Source: a virus | Lineage: Duplodnaviria > Caudoviricetes | IMG/VR virus record: IMGVR_UViG_3300025652_000041 | Coordinates: 27,904-91,903 of that record | DNA: 64,000 nucleotides | Strand: one strand, 5' to 3' | Part shown: positions 46,692 through 56,070 of the stretch, piece by piece | How positions within the stretch are numbered: the first letter of the stretch is position 1 | How the letters are laid out: each line of letters starts with the position of its first letter | Position numbers and translations under genes: made by a program | The notes under the pieces: generated by a model | Told to the model about the DNA's origin: nothing | The model's database searches: none | The model's input: only the letters and a program-made list of their open reading frames with translations

Positions 46692-47482
46692 AAAGACTGA
46701 TATATCAGGTTTGTCTGGGAAAACAGATAGATTCTAAGTTGTATGCGAAATGTATCGAAAGTGTTTCTAATTATTGCCAAAAGCATGATATTGTACATTA
46801 TACGCAACAAATTCCCAAGTTAAAAATTAAACCCGATCCGTTCACAAGTAACCGTAGTACCGAGAGTTGGCAGAAACACGGTGGGTTCTTACCTATCTAT
46901 GAGAAAGAGAATGCGTTTGATCTGTTAGACGAATACGATCAGATTGCAATCATCGATGCGGACATTTATATCCGTGAAGACGCTGAGAATATCTTTGACC
47001 ATATGTTAGACGAATATGCGTTTGGTTGTGTGTTTGAACGTGAGATGCCTATCACCGCTAAGTATGCAGAGAAAATCAGAAACTACTCTCGTATGCAGTA
47101 CGAACAATTACAGAACTATAATCGTACACAATTTAACCCTAATCATCTGGGTTATGAGTTTGCCAACATGGGTATGATTGTGTTAAACTGTAAGAACTTC
47201 AAACCGTACTTGCAAGGACAGACCGCAAAAGAGTTTCTGACTCGGATGGAGTTCAAAGACTTTGTTGATGGTATAGGCCCTTGGAAGTGGTCAACAGACC
47301 AAACTTTGTTGAATTATTTTCTGAAGAAGTATGATGTACCAACTCAATCCTTACACTGGAAGTGGAATGGACTATATGGTGCAAACACTAAGATCGAAGA
47401 GTGTTCCTTCATACATTTCTTCTTGAAAGACTTGTTACCAAATCAAGGAGAGAACGTAGAGGAGTTAATGAAGAAGATATGA
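46688..47482 (+). CDS. Glycosyltransferase GT-A (GT8-like)
   Basis: IAIIDADIYI, NMGM, DQTLLN, WN, HF. Confidence 0.75.
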   Translation: MKRLIYQVCLGKQIDSKLYAKCIESVSNYCQKHDIVHYTQQIPKLKIKPDPFTSNRSTESWQKHGGFLPIYEKENAFDLLDEYDQIAIIDADIYIREDAENIFDHMLDEYAFGCVFEREMPITAKYAEKIRNYSRMQYEQLQNYNRTQFNPNHLGYEFANMGMIVLNCKNFKPYLQGQTAKEFLTRMEFKDFVDGIGPWKWSTDQTLLNYFLKKYDVPTQSLHWKWNGLYGANTKIEECSFIHFFLKDLLPNQGENVEELMKKI

Positions 47483-48048
47483 AGTTGTATGATTATGAAA
47501 ATTACAAAGAGTATCGAGAACTACAGATAGAAGCGAACAAACAAAAGTTACATGCTGTCTGGTGTAGTGAAAGTACTGTTGAAAAGGTGTGCGAGATGTA
47601 CCCCAACAGTAAGAATATATTGTGTCACGGTGCACGTAATGGTAGAGAAGTTGAATGGTTTATTAAGTATTTCCCTGATGCGACTGTGACAGGAACCGAC
47701 ATATCTCCGACAGCGAATGAATTTTCTAATATGTTTGAGTGGGATTTTCATGACAGAAAGGAAGAGTGGGTTGGTAAGTTTGATCTATTGTACTCTAACT
47801 CATTCGATCATTCTTACTATCCAGAAAAGTGTTTGAAGACATGGACAGATCAACTGACCGAGGAAGGTATTCTTTGTGTGGAGTTGATGGTTGGGGACAA
47901 CAATGTTTCATCTCGCATGGATCCCCTACAGATAAGTAAAGGTGAGTTTCTGGGGATTATAGATGACTTAGGATTCGAAGAGGTTGTTGCCTTCAACGTG
48001 ACAGCTAAACATGGTTACAGTAGAGTAGTGGTGTGTAAAAGAAAATGA
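47479..48048 (+). CDS. Putative class I methyltransferase
   Basis: ILCHGARNG, GTDIS, FDLLYSNSFDH. Confidence 0.7.
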   Translation: MKLYDYENYKEYRELQIEANKQKLHAVWCSESTVEKVCEMYPNSKNILCHGARNGREVEWFIKYFPDATVTGTDISPTANEFSNMFEWDFHDRKEEWVGKFDLLYSNSFDHSYYPEKCLKTWTDQLTEEGILCVELMVGDNNVSSRMDPLQISKGEFLGIIDDLGFEEVVAFNVTAKHGYSRVVVCKRK

Positions 48049-48758
48049 CTAAAGCATATGTGATAAGAATTGATGGACAAGAGAAGTTAGTTGAGAGGTT
48101 GTCCGAGAGTATCGTCAAGACCGAAAGTGATATCGATCTGAACATCTTCGAGGGAACTGTACCGAAGACCATACAGTCTCACCTAGAACGAGAGTTCACG
48201 TCTTTCGATACTTCTAACTATAGATGGAACTGGCCCAAAGATCCTTCGGAAAACCACATGGATTTGCGGACTGGTATAATGAAGACTGCGTATCTCGCAT
48301 CGAATCAAGAGAAAAAAGAGGCATGTTCGATCAGTCATATGCGTCTATGGGATCTATGTCTGACTATCAACGAACCTATAATTATATTTGAATCGGATGC
48401 CCTCATGACTCGAAAGTTTGATGTCAGTGACGTGGAAGGATATAAACTGGTTGGGTTGAATGATCCTAGAGGTGCGACAAGACGAGCAGGATTGTTTCAC
48501 CAGATCGTTGCTTCTACACCAGATGTCCAACCCGCACCACGTATTAATGATCTAGGTGAGATGTCTCCCCAAGGTATTGCAGGTAACAGTGCATACTATA
48601 TAGAACCAGATGGCGCATCTATGTTACTTGAGAAGGTCAAGGAATATGGAATGTGGCCCAACGATGCGTATATGTGTCGTGAATTATTTCCTTGGATACG
48701 AGTGGTGTATCCATATTATACTAAGGTGCAGGGAACTGCATCTACAACAACAAGGTGA
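48045..48758 (+). CDS. Glycosyltransferase family 25-like
   Basis: ACSISH..LW..IIIFESDA..AYYI. Confidence 0.75.
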   Translation: MTKAYVIRIDGQEKLVERLSESIVKTESDIDLNIFEGTVPKTIQSHLEREFTSFDTSNYRWNWPKDPSENHMDLRTGIMKTAYLASNQEKKEACSISHMRLWDLCLTINEPIIIFESDALMTRKFDVSDVEGYKLVGLNDPRGATRRAGLFHQIVASTPDVQPAPRINDLGEMSPQGIAGNSAYYIEPDGASMLLEKVKEYGMWPNDAYMCRELFPWIRVVYPYYTKVQGTASTTTR

Positions 48759-48763
48759 TTTGA

Positions 48764-49033
48764 ATGAAAGTTTTACACGATAATGTTTTATTGACAGAAG
48801 ATGATGCAAAAGAAACAACTACTGCCGGTGGACTGATTCTTTCCGCAGATATTACGACAGGTAATAAACCTGCTCGTGTTGTTGCGATGGGACTAGAAGT
48901 TGCAAATAAGAAAGAGATTGCAGCAGGTGATAAGGTATATTGTAATTGGTCAGAAGCAATGCCAGTAGAGATTGATGGTAAGAAGATGGCGATTATTAAG
49001 TACGAATTTATCCGGTTGAAAGTGGACGGATAA
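48764..49033 (+). CDS. groES: Co-chaperonin GroES-like (functional analogue of T4 gp31)
   Basis: LHDNVL..ETTTAGGLIL..VVAMG..GDKV. Confidence 0.85.
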   Translation: MKVLHDNVLLTEDDAKETTTAGGLILSADITTGNKPARVVAMGLEVANKKEIAAGDKVYCNWSEAMPVEIDGKKMAIIKYEFIRLKVDG

Positions 49034-49687
49034 ATGAAGTCTCTCGTTATTACGATTGGAGACAATCACCTATCCCAACAAGCTGCGGATAGGTGTATTG
49101 CAAGTGCCAAACGATACGGTATCAAAGTTGAGAAGTGGTATGCAGTAACACCTAGACATCCAGACTTCGAGTCTATGGTCAAGGATGCGGGTCTTCAAGT
49201 TCATATGTTTCAGGGCGGTTATTCCAAGACCGAGAATGCACTTGCGTGTTTCCTTTCACATATGTCACTATGGAAGTATTCAGTCGAGACCAAACAAGAT
49301 GTGATGATATTAGAACACGATGCAATATTCACTGGTCGTGTTCCGGTATTGTTTGGATTCCATAAGTGTGTCACAATTGGACAACCTAGTTACGGTAAGT
49401 TTAAGACACCGATGACACTAGGTACGTCTCCGTTAGTACAGGCAGATTATTTTAAGGGTGCACACTCTTATATTGTCAGACCTTCTGGTGCAGAAGAGTT
49501 TCTAGAAAAGGTCTCTGACTATTCTCGACCCACAGACATCTATCTTAATATAATGAACTTCCCTTGGTTAGAAGAGTATTACCCATGGCCTGTAGTGGTC
49601 GATGATTCTTTCAGTACTATTCAGAATCAACAGGGTTGTTTAGCAAAACACAACTATGGAAAAGGGATACACTTGGTAGAAGCATGA
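49034..49687 (+). CDS. Glycosyltransferase family 25-like
   Basis: ACFLSH..LW..ILEHDA..GAHSYIV. Confidence 0.75.
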   Translation: MKSLVITIGDNHLSQQAADRCIASAKRYGIKVEKWYAVTPRHPDFESMVKDAGLQVHMFQGGYSKTENALACFLSHMSLWKYSVETKQDVMILEHDAIFTGRVPVLFGFHKCVTIGQPSYGKFKTPMTLGTSPLVQADYFKGAHSYIVRPSGAEEFLEKVSDYSRPTDIYLNIMNFPWLEEYYPWPVVVDDSFSTIQNQQGCLAKHNYGKGIHLVEA

Positions 49688-50406
49688 TTAACTTAATTAC
49701 TGTATGTACAGATCAATATCCTATGGAGTATGCCCGCAAGTTGATCACTCGATTCAAAGAGTTGAGTGGTTACAAAGTGGAGGCATGGTGCATCACCGAC
49801 CGACCAGATGAGATTTCGGATATCGCAAATACCATCGAACCAGCTTTTGGTGCAGGTAAAGGTTGGTGGAATAAGATGAAAGCATACGATTCATTCTATG
49901 ATGGATATGCTGTCTATCTTGATATCGACACTGTTTTAATCAAGAACTTTGATGATGAGATACGAGAGGCAATCCTTGCACTAGAGAGTGAAGTTGTTAA
50001 GGTCGCATGTGTATCCGATGCCATTGGTTGGAAAAATAACAAGTTTAGTTCTTCGATGATGGTTCTGAAGAGTGGTAAGATGCAAGAAGTGTATGACATC
50101 TTCTCACTAGAAAGTTTGAGATCGTTTGAATATGAATATGATGGGGGTGACCAAGTATGGACGGGTCGTCTACTCGAAGAGTGGAAACCAGGCGGTTACT
50201 CTGAGATCTACTATATGGACGAAGAGTTCAATCAAAACCTCAAACTCAATCTGAAATTCCATCTAGGAAGTAAGGTATTGGGTAATTGGATATTCCCTAA
50301 ATATATCCCAAGTGGGTGCAAGATTGTAGATTGTGGTGGTAAACCAAAACCACACGAACTAGAATACTTACCGTATATAAAAGAGGCGTGGCACGATGTT
50401 CAGTAA
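49684..50406 (+). CDS. Glycosyltransferase GT-A-like
   Basis: GWWNK, YLDIDTV, SSMM, GDQ, GKPKPH. Confidence 0.7.
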   Translation: MINLITVCTDQYPMEYARKLITRFKELSGYKVEAWCITDRPDEISDIANTIEPAFGAGKGWWNKMKAYDSFYDGYAVYLDIDTVLIKNFDDEIREAILALESEVVKVACVSDAIGWKNNKFSSSMMVLKSGKMQEVYDIFSLESLRSFEYEYDGGDQVWTGRLLEEWKPGGYSEIYYMDEEFNQNLKLNLKFHLGSKVLGNWIFPKYIPSGCKIVDCGGKPKPHELEYLPYIKEAWHDVQ

Positions 50407-50791
50407 AATATTATTAGGAGTGGTACTTTGTATGGGTATCACGTTTGCAGGATTCTATCAGTTCATACACAAACCTTTGTTGGGTCAAGTTGTACAACAA
50501 CAGGTACTTCTTGCGGCACAAGAGTTACGTGAACAAGAACAAGTAAAGACGATAGAAGCGTTACAGAATAACCTACAGAAGACTTCCGAAGCATTGAATG
50601 CGATGTCCTCTCGTAATGCAGAGATTGAGGCAGAGTCTAAACGATACCTTGCAATCTTTGCACGACATAACCTATCACGACTTGCAGCTGCAAAACCGAC
50701 TCTGATAGAAACAAGAATCAACCGAGGAACTAAAGATGTATTCGACAGTATCGAAAACGACACTGCTGTTATTGATAACACTGATAAGTAG
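50396..50791 (+). CDS. i-spanin (Rz-like)
   Basis: N-terminal TM plus coiled coil; overlaps a downstream lipoprotein gene. Confidence 0.75.
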   Translation: MFSKILLGVVLCMGITFAGFYQFIHKPLLGQVVQQQVLLAAQELREQEQVKTIEALQNNLQKTSEALNAMSSRNAEIEAESKRYLAIFARHNLSRLAAAKPTLIETRINRGTKDVFDSIENDTAVIDNTDK

Positions 50792-51152
50792 TGGTTGTAC
50801 AACACTAGGTAACTGGGGTAAAGTACCAGAACCTATACCAGTAGAGATTAAGACGGTAGAGATAAAGGTTCCTATTATCCATCCCCCAATGCCTAGACAG
50901 ATTGACCTCAAAGATCCTCGGTGGTATGTGGTCAGTGACAAGAACATTGACACTTTTCTAGAAGATATTACGAAACGACACGAAGGTCAGTTGGTCTTTA
51001 TTGCAATGTCGGTAGGTGATTATGAGTTGATGTCGTATAACATGCAGGAACTAAAACGATATATAAATCAACTAAAAGAAGTTGTGATATACTATCGCAC
51101 TATGAATACAGATGAACCAGAGGTTGTAGAGAATGAGAAAACAGATAATTGA
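50736..51152 (+). CDS. o-spanin (Rz1-like lipoprotein)
   Basis: Lipobox ISSG-C; Pro-rich linker; YINQ..VIYY. Confidence 0.75.
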   Translation: MYSTVSKTTLLLLITLISSGCTTLGNWGKVPEPIPVEIKTVEIKVPIIHPPMPRQIDLKDPRWYVVSDKNIDTFLEDITKRHEGQLVFIAMSVGDYELMSYNMQELKRYINQLKEVVIYYRTMNTDEPEVVENEKTDN

Positions 51153-51330
51153 GTCGTTGACATCCCATGCGGTGGGTAAGATTAACAAACATAAAATGAA
51201 CGTGGAAGTTTACTTGGCCAATCCTACCGGTATTGGTGAACATCCTGATGTGATGGGAGCGATAGAACACGAGTTGAAGATCATTGCGGACTACCATGAA
51301 CAGTTAGAGATTTTGGAGAGGTACTTTTAA
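51133..51330 (+). CDS. Conserved hypothetical protein
   Basis: NVEVYLANPTGIGEHPD motif. Confidence 0.7.
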   Translation: MRKQIIESLTSHAVGKINKHKMNVEVYLANPTGIGEHPDVMGAIEHELKIIADYHEQLEILERYF

Positions 51331-51758
51331 TGTATGAATATTCTTGCAAAATTGTTAGAGTTGTTGATGGGGATACTGTGGATATTGATATCGATCTCGG
51401 TTTCGGTATTATTTATGCTAATCAGCGTATTCGTCTGTACGGTATTGATACTCCCGAATCTCGTACTCGTGATGCTGTCGAGAAGAAGTTTGGTAAACTC
51501 GCCGCCAGATTCCTTGCGGAATCACTGGGAGAAACATGTGTCCTCCGTACAAGACTCGACAGTAAAGGAAAGTACGGCCGAATCCTCGGAGAGTTCCTCG
51601 TCTATGACGCAAAAACCGACCGACAAATGACTGTTAATGAGATTATGATTCGAGACCATCTTGCGGTTGCGTACCACGGACAATCCAAGGATGATATCGA
51701 AGATGAACATTTGCGTAATCGTAAAATATTAATTGAACAATATGGATTCGAAGCATGA
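51330..51758 (+). CDS. Thermonuclease (SNase-like)
   Basis: RVVDGDT, RIRLYGIDTPE, KYGRILG. Confidence 0.88.
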   Translation: MYEYSCKIVRVVDGDTVDIDIDLGFGIIYANQRIRLYGIDTPESRTRDAVEKKFGKLAARFLAESLGETCVLRTRLDSKGKYGRILGEFLVYDAKTDRQMTVNEIMIRDHLAVAYHGQSKDDIEDEHLRNRKILIEQYGFEA

Positions 51759-52384
51759 GATGGAATGTCTTAGGTAATGGCGATAATGCCTTTCAGTATG
51801 AGAGAGGTACGCCGGGTAAACTTCTTATTTGTAATATGCCCCCATTCGAGATTCCTAACAATGAAGTCTTTGCTACATGTATGGTTGACTATAAGATGAT
51901 GGTTGCACTTGCTAATAAACATATCAAGTTGGATATGTACGATTGGATACTGGGTACCCGTCCACGTCACTGGATGGAAATGCAACCACAATTCTATCTG
52001 AAGTATGCGCAGAAGATCAAGGCAATGCACACACATATCCCGTCTTATGCGAAACTACAAGGACAGAACGAAGCACAGGCTGCGACAAATTACTCGTGTG
52101 GTCATATGGCAGTAGACTACGCATGTCGTGTACAGAAGGCGACTGAAGTCCACATCTACGGATTCGACTCGATGTTCGATACAAGTCTCCGTAGTTATAC
52201 CGACTTGTTATTAGAATCAGATCGAAGTTCTCAGAACACACATCGTCTCGCAAATAACTGGAGACCTATTTGGACAAAGATGTTCGAAGAGTTTGACAAT
52301 ACACAGTTTTTCCTGTATCATAGTCATAGTAAACTGAAATTCCCTGTAGGGGATAATGTCAAAATAGTTGTGGAGAAAAAATAA
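51755..52384 (+). CDS. Rossmann-like sugar-transferase candidate (sialyltransferase/Maf-like)
   Basis: VLGNG, ICN, SCGHMA, HIYGFD motifs. Confidence 0.5.
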   Translation: MRWNVLGNGDNAFQYERGTPGKLLICNMPPFEIPNNEVFATCMVDYKMMVALANKHIKLDMYDWILGTRPRHWMEMQPQFYLKYAQKIKAMHTHIPSYAKLQGQNEAQAATNYSCGHMAVDYACRVQKATEVHIYGFDSMFDTSLRSYTDLLLESDRSSQNTHRLANNWRPIWTKMFEEFDNTQFFLYHSHSKLKFPVGDNVKIVVEKK

Positions 52385-52528
52385 TGCCTAGTATAGATGA
52401 TGTGATAGAAATCAGTAAAAAGTTCGGTGAGTTTATAAAGTACACTTGTGTTGATTTTAAAGCTGTTTGGGAGTTCCGACCCAACGTACTTATTTGGTGT
52501 GGTATTGCATTCTTGATTGCCTGTTTTG

Positions 52529-52536
52529 TATAAATA
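52529..52536 (+). promoter_or_regulatory. T4-type late promoter
   Basis: TATAAATA upstream of 52571. Confidence 0.75.
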
Positions 52537-52570
52537 CACTTATAAAATAACATTCGGGAACATAATTTAA

Positions 52571-53443
52571 ATGCAATCTTTTAACACATTCTTAAAAGAA
52601 GAGACCTTCCTCTCAGAAGAATCGGAAGCGTTACTTGAAAAACTCATTACCTTTGGTGGTAAAGCATACCCTAAGTTTGGTAACATTGTTATCATGGCCG
52701 GTGGTGCGGGTTCTGGTAAAGGATTCATTCTGAGTAATCTGGTAGGTATCGAAGGAAAGACTTTCGATGTGGATGAGTTGAAGAAACTTGCAGCTAAGAC
52801 ACCTGCGATCCAGAAACGAGTCAAGGACGAACTCGGTGTGGACATTTTTAAATTGTCACAGAACCTAAAAGACCCCAAGAACGTAGAGAAACTTCATGAA
52901 ATCATTGGTATCTATCTAAAGACTGATAAGTCCAAAGAGAGGTTATTCTATCGTTCTGTATTGACCGCACCTGTTGATCGTAAACCAAACATTATCTTCG
53001 ACATGACCTTCAAGGAATTGTCTAAGTTGGAGAAGGTTGCGAATGATGCGTCTAAGTTAGGTTACGATAAAAAGAACATCCATATCGTATGGGTTGTGAA
53101 TGATATCGAAGTTGCGAAGGCACAGAATGCGAAACGTGCACGTGTTGTACCTACCGAGATTCTTGTCAATACTCACCGTGGTGCAGCTAACACTATGGGT
53201 GATATCATCAACATGGGTAACAAACTCAAGAAGTATATGGATGGGGATATCGTATTCGCATTCAACAAAGTTGGTGTAGATGCGAATCTGGAGAAGTCTG
53301 GTAAGGGTGGTTCATACGTCAAAGACGCAAACTACTTCTATGTCAAGAGAGCAGGTAAACCACCTACTCCCGTTGACCAATTAGATAAAGATATTCGTTC
53401 TAAGATTGCAGGTTATGTACCTAAGAACGTAGACTGGAACTAA
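52571..53443 (+). CDS. P-loop kinase (zeta-toxin/PNK-like) with capsid-targeting N-terminus
   Basis: MQSFNTFLKEE; MAGGAGSGKG Walker A; IIFDMT; AQNAKRAR lid. Confidence 0.7.
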   Translation: MQSFNTFLKEETFLSEESEALLEKLITFGGKAYPKFGNIVIMAGGAGSGKGFILSNLVGIEGKTFDVDELKKLAAKTPAIQKRVKDELGVDIFKLSQNLKDPKNVEKLHEIIGIYLKTDKSKERLFYRSVLTAPVDRKPNIIFDMTFKELSKLEKVANDASKLGYDKKNIHIVWVVNDIEVAKAQNAKRARVVPTEILVNTHRGAANTMGDIINMGNKLKKYMDGDIVFAFNKVGVDANLEKSGKGGSYVKDANYFYVKRAGKPPTPVDQLDKDIRSKIAGYVPKNVDWN

Positions 53444-54315
53444 CCTTTGTGACACCGGATCATGTCATTGAGTATCGAATATTCAATGGCACGATCCTCT
53501 TCTGACATTTCTCTGAACTTACTGTCCCAAATAGAACGGTTCACAAACACCTGATTCAACCATTCACTATTCTCTTCTATCGCGCCTTCGATATACTTTG
53601 CTTTGTCTGGGTCTTGATAATTGATATCTATTATATCAAAAGATTCATCACAGTACGGTGCGAATACTGATTTCACATGATGATAAGTGAAAGCAGTATC
53701 TTCGGTCTCTTTGGGAACACCTGCAAGTATAACACAATCATATGATGTATCTGGTGGTGGTGATAGTCCAATAGTTTCTTGGCCACCTTTGTATTGTTTA
53801 TCTGCCGGTATCAAATCGATTTCATATCTTTTATATAAAGAGTGCATCAATTTTCTATGTCTGAGTTCGGTTGGTACTACAGTATGCATTTCTATGTTAT
53901 ATTTGTATTCCATCTTAACAATGGGAATAAACTGTGTCCACACGTTGGGATCTACCATAGTATCTTCGAGAGACTTCACTGAAGGAGTCTTATGTATCTG
54001 GCGATCACTACCACGTTGGAATGTCCAACTAGTCTGTGCCGAATTGTAATGACCGACAAACAGTATCTTACGGTAACCCTTTAGTGCGATATAGTTTAAT
54101 ATCATAGGGACATAGTTAAACACGTCATTGACAGTATTTGCATCCGCGTCATGCCATCTCAGGTTCAAATCGTTTTTTCTAACTTCGCCCCCTATCAGAA
54201 AGTTGAGTCTACCCCACACATCCTTTTTCATGTCACGGTGAATATATCTACTCATAGATGTACTGTTCACTCTAGGTGAATTGATAACGAGCTCGTTTGC
54301 TGTCCTATAATACAT
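53440..54315 (-). CDS. Hypothetical protein
   Basis: 291 aa ORF convergent with the kinase gene. Confidence 0.65.
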   Translation of the reverse strand: MYYRTANELVINSPRVNSTSMSRYIHRDMKKDVWGRLNFLIGGEVRKNDLNLRWHDADANTVNDVFNYVPMILNYIALKGYRKILFVGHYNSAQTSWTFQRGSDRQIHKTPSVKSLEDTMVDPNVWTQFIPIVKMEYKYNIEMHTVVPTELRHRKLMHSLYKRYEIDLIPADKQYKGGQETIGLSPPPDTSYDCVILAGVPKETEDTAFTYHHVKSVFAPYCDESFDIIDINYQDPDKAKYIEGAIEENSEWLNQVFVNRSIWDSKFREMSEEDRAIEYSILNDMIRCHKG

Positions 54316-54318
54316 GGG

Positions 54319-54582
54319 TTACCCTTTATAAATGTTTTGTATATGGTCTTCGAATTGTTCTATTTTCTCAAGACGATTAGGCCACAGAATATAATCTTTC
54401 TGGGGATTCTGTTTCAAGTTGTTTAGTAGAGGTTGTACCGCATTGAACAGATTGTCTAAACGTTTTTCGAGTTCGCTAACAGTTGTAGAATTCTCATTGG
54501 CGGCTGTCTGCGCCTCTTGAACCGCATCCAGTTCATCCTCGTCAACTATAGTGAAACCGAAATCAAAAATGTCGTCACTCAT
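54319..54582 (-). CDS. Conserved T4-like hypothetical protein
   Basis: FDFGFT..PLLNNLKQNP.KDYILWPNR. Confidence 0.7.
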   Translation of the reverse strand: MSDDIFDFGFTIVDEDELDAVQEAQTAANENSTTVSELEKRLDNLFNAVQPLLNNLKQNPQKDYILWPNRLEKIEQFEDHIQNIYKG

Positions 54583-54610
54583 ATTTATACCTTTATTTTT
54601 CATTTTCTTT

Positions 54611-54618
54611 TATTTATA
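54611..54618 (-). promoter_or_regulatory. T4-type late promoter (minus strand)
   Basis: TATTTATA on the + strand. Confidence 0.65.
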
Positions 54619-54620
54619 TG

Positions 54621-54649
54621 TTGCCTTACCTACAGAAATACTATATAAT
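54621..54649 (+). promoter_or_regulatory. sigma70-type promoter, back-to-back with the late promoter
   Basis: TTGCCT-17-TATAAT. Confidence 0.55.
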
Positions 54650-54675
54650 TATCTAAGATAACTGAGGAAAGTATT

Positions 54676-54864
54676 ATGTCTGCAATGGGTACATTAGTAT
54701 TAGAAATTCAAGAGTTTGTAGATCCACTCGTCTATATGGGTGCAACAAACGAAACTATCATGGAACAGTTCGAAGCTCTCTTTAAGAACCATCCACACTA
54801 CAACTACATGAAAGAAACAATTCAGAGTCAGATCGGTGTTAGACAATTCTTGAGAGAGGGTTAG
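54676..54864 (+). CDS. Hypothetical protein
   Basis: GAGGA SD. Confidence 0.55.
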   Translation: MSAMGTLVLEIQEFVDPLVYMGATNETIMEQFEALFKNHPHYNYMKETIQSQIGVRQFLREG

Positions 54865-54869
54865 GAGGT

Positions 54870-55049
54870 ATGAGTAAGTGGTGGAGAATATGGGCGAAGA
54901 GTCTAGGTGAAAAGGTCGGAGAAACTGATACCCAAGCTAATACTGTTGCTGGCATTAGGACTGTGTGGTGGTGTACTCATATGGCGACTTGTATCGTTAT
55001 CATCCTCAATGCTATAGCGAATCACGGGTGGGGTCTCATTGGACTTTGA
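54870..55049 (+). CDS. Small membrane protein (59 aa)
   Basis: AGGAGG SD; WRIWAKSLGEK..A.IRT; translated manually. Confidence 0.6.
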   Translation: MSKWWRIWAKSLGEKVGETDTQANTVAGIRTVWWCTHMATCIVIILNAIANHGWGLIGL

Positions 55050-55118
55050 CGTTGAAACTATTATCGTTCCATATTCGAAAAGGTTATAAGCATATAACAA
55101 AATGTTCTGAAAAAGGGG

Positions 55119-55147
55119 TTGTGCGATACATAGAATGGTGGTATAAT
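55119..55147 (+). promoter_or_regulatory. Early promoter cassette, divergent copy
   Basis: TTGTGC-17-TATAAT flanked by ATAACAAAATGTTCT and AGTACCCTATTGAGATGAGAGAG. Confidence 0.65.
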
Positions 55148-55179
55148 AGTACCCTATTGAGATGAGAGAGAAAACGATT

Positions 55180-55362
55180 ATGATTAAAGTTGGTGAGAAA
55201 GTCTACTGTAACTGGGGTGCGATGCATCCGACCGAAGAACGTACTGTCTTAAAGATTGACGGTGATCGTATGTGGTGTGACGAAGGTTTCACTATGTTAC
55301 TTGCCGACTTACGTGACATGAACGAGAACTACAGAAGTCCTATCGGGGTTTATCGGTTATGA
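55180..55362 (+). CDS. Small early protein
   Basis: KVGEKVYCNWGAM..SPIGVY. Confidence 0.6.
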   Translation: MIKVGEKVYCNWGAMHPTEERTVLKIDGDRMWCDEGFTMLLADLRDMNENYRSPIGVYRL

Positions 55363-55446
55363 GAGAAGTGAGTAGATTTTTATTTCAGTTGACAATCATA
55401 GTGATAGTGAGTGTCCTCTCCCTTCAATATCTATAGAGGATATGTT

Positions 55447-55656
55447 ATGAGTAAAACAATTAAAAAGTTTATAGCAAGAGCGGATCATGGCGGTTGTTAC
55501 TTTGAAGTTGAAGCAGAGACATTTGATGAAGCAAGAGAACTACTCAAACATGATGGATTCAGCGGTTACTTGTACGAAGAAACATATCAACTGATTAGCA
55601 CAACACCGCACATAGTTGGAGAAGTAGAGAGATCGTTCGCACAATATAATTATTAG
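55447..55656 (+). CDS. Hypothetical protein
   Basis: AGAGGA SD; FEVEAETFDEARE. Confidence 0.5.
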   Translation: MSKTIKKFIARADHGGCYFEVEAETFDEARELLKHDGFSGYLYEETYQLISTTPHIVGEVERSFAQYNY

Positions 55657-55701
55657 GTATATGCTTAGAACAAAATGATCTAAAAATAAGTGAAATAGTT
55701 G

Positions 55702-55730
55702 TTGCATTATTGTTTTGGTTATGAGATAAT
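55702..55730 (+). promoter_or_regulatory. Early promoter cassette copy
   Basis: TTGCAT-17-GATAAT with flanks matching the 7586 and 36889 copies. Confidence 0.8.
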
Positions 55731-55759
55731 AGTACCCTATTGAGATGAGAGAGAAAGTT

Positions 55760-55903
55760 ATGATTAAATATGTATTGAGAAACGTTGTTAATGACCAGTT
55801 AATAAACTGTAAGATGTTCGACACTATGGTCGATGCCCTTAACTACAGACATACTTATCTTGAACGTGATGTTGCTTGGGTCGATCAGGTGGAGGTGAAG
55901 TAA
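55760..55903 (+). CDS. Small early protein (47 aa)
   Basis: Behind the cassette SD; translated manually. Confidence 0.5.
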   Translation: MIKYVLRNVVNDQLINCKMFDTMVDALNYRHTYLERDVAWVDQVEVK

Positions 55904-56070
55904 TGGTGCTCTTAAAAGTTTTCTTAACTATTGTACTGATTATTATCTTTTGTGTTATCGCTATAGGTGGTTCTCTGGCTGCGATGTATGAAAGAGACGA
56001 AATTCGAAAAGGTATGCGTGAAGGTAAAAACGACTACTATGGTAATAAAATTGAAGAGGAAGATGAATAA
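55903..56070 (+). CDS. Small membrane protein
   Basis: GGAGGTG SD; N-terminal TM; DYYGN. Confidence 0.55.
   Translation: MVLLKVFLTIVLIIIFCVIAIGGSLAAMYERDEIRKGMREGKNDYYGNKIEEEDE

Noticed and set aside
4632-55730. Repeated ~29-bp sequence as a CRISPR array or attC-like sites
   Set aside because: Copies are dispersed and irregularly spaced, and have clear -35/-10/RBS anatomy; no cas operon or integrase is present
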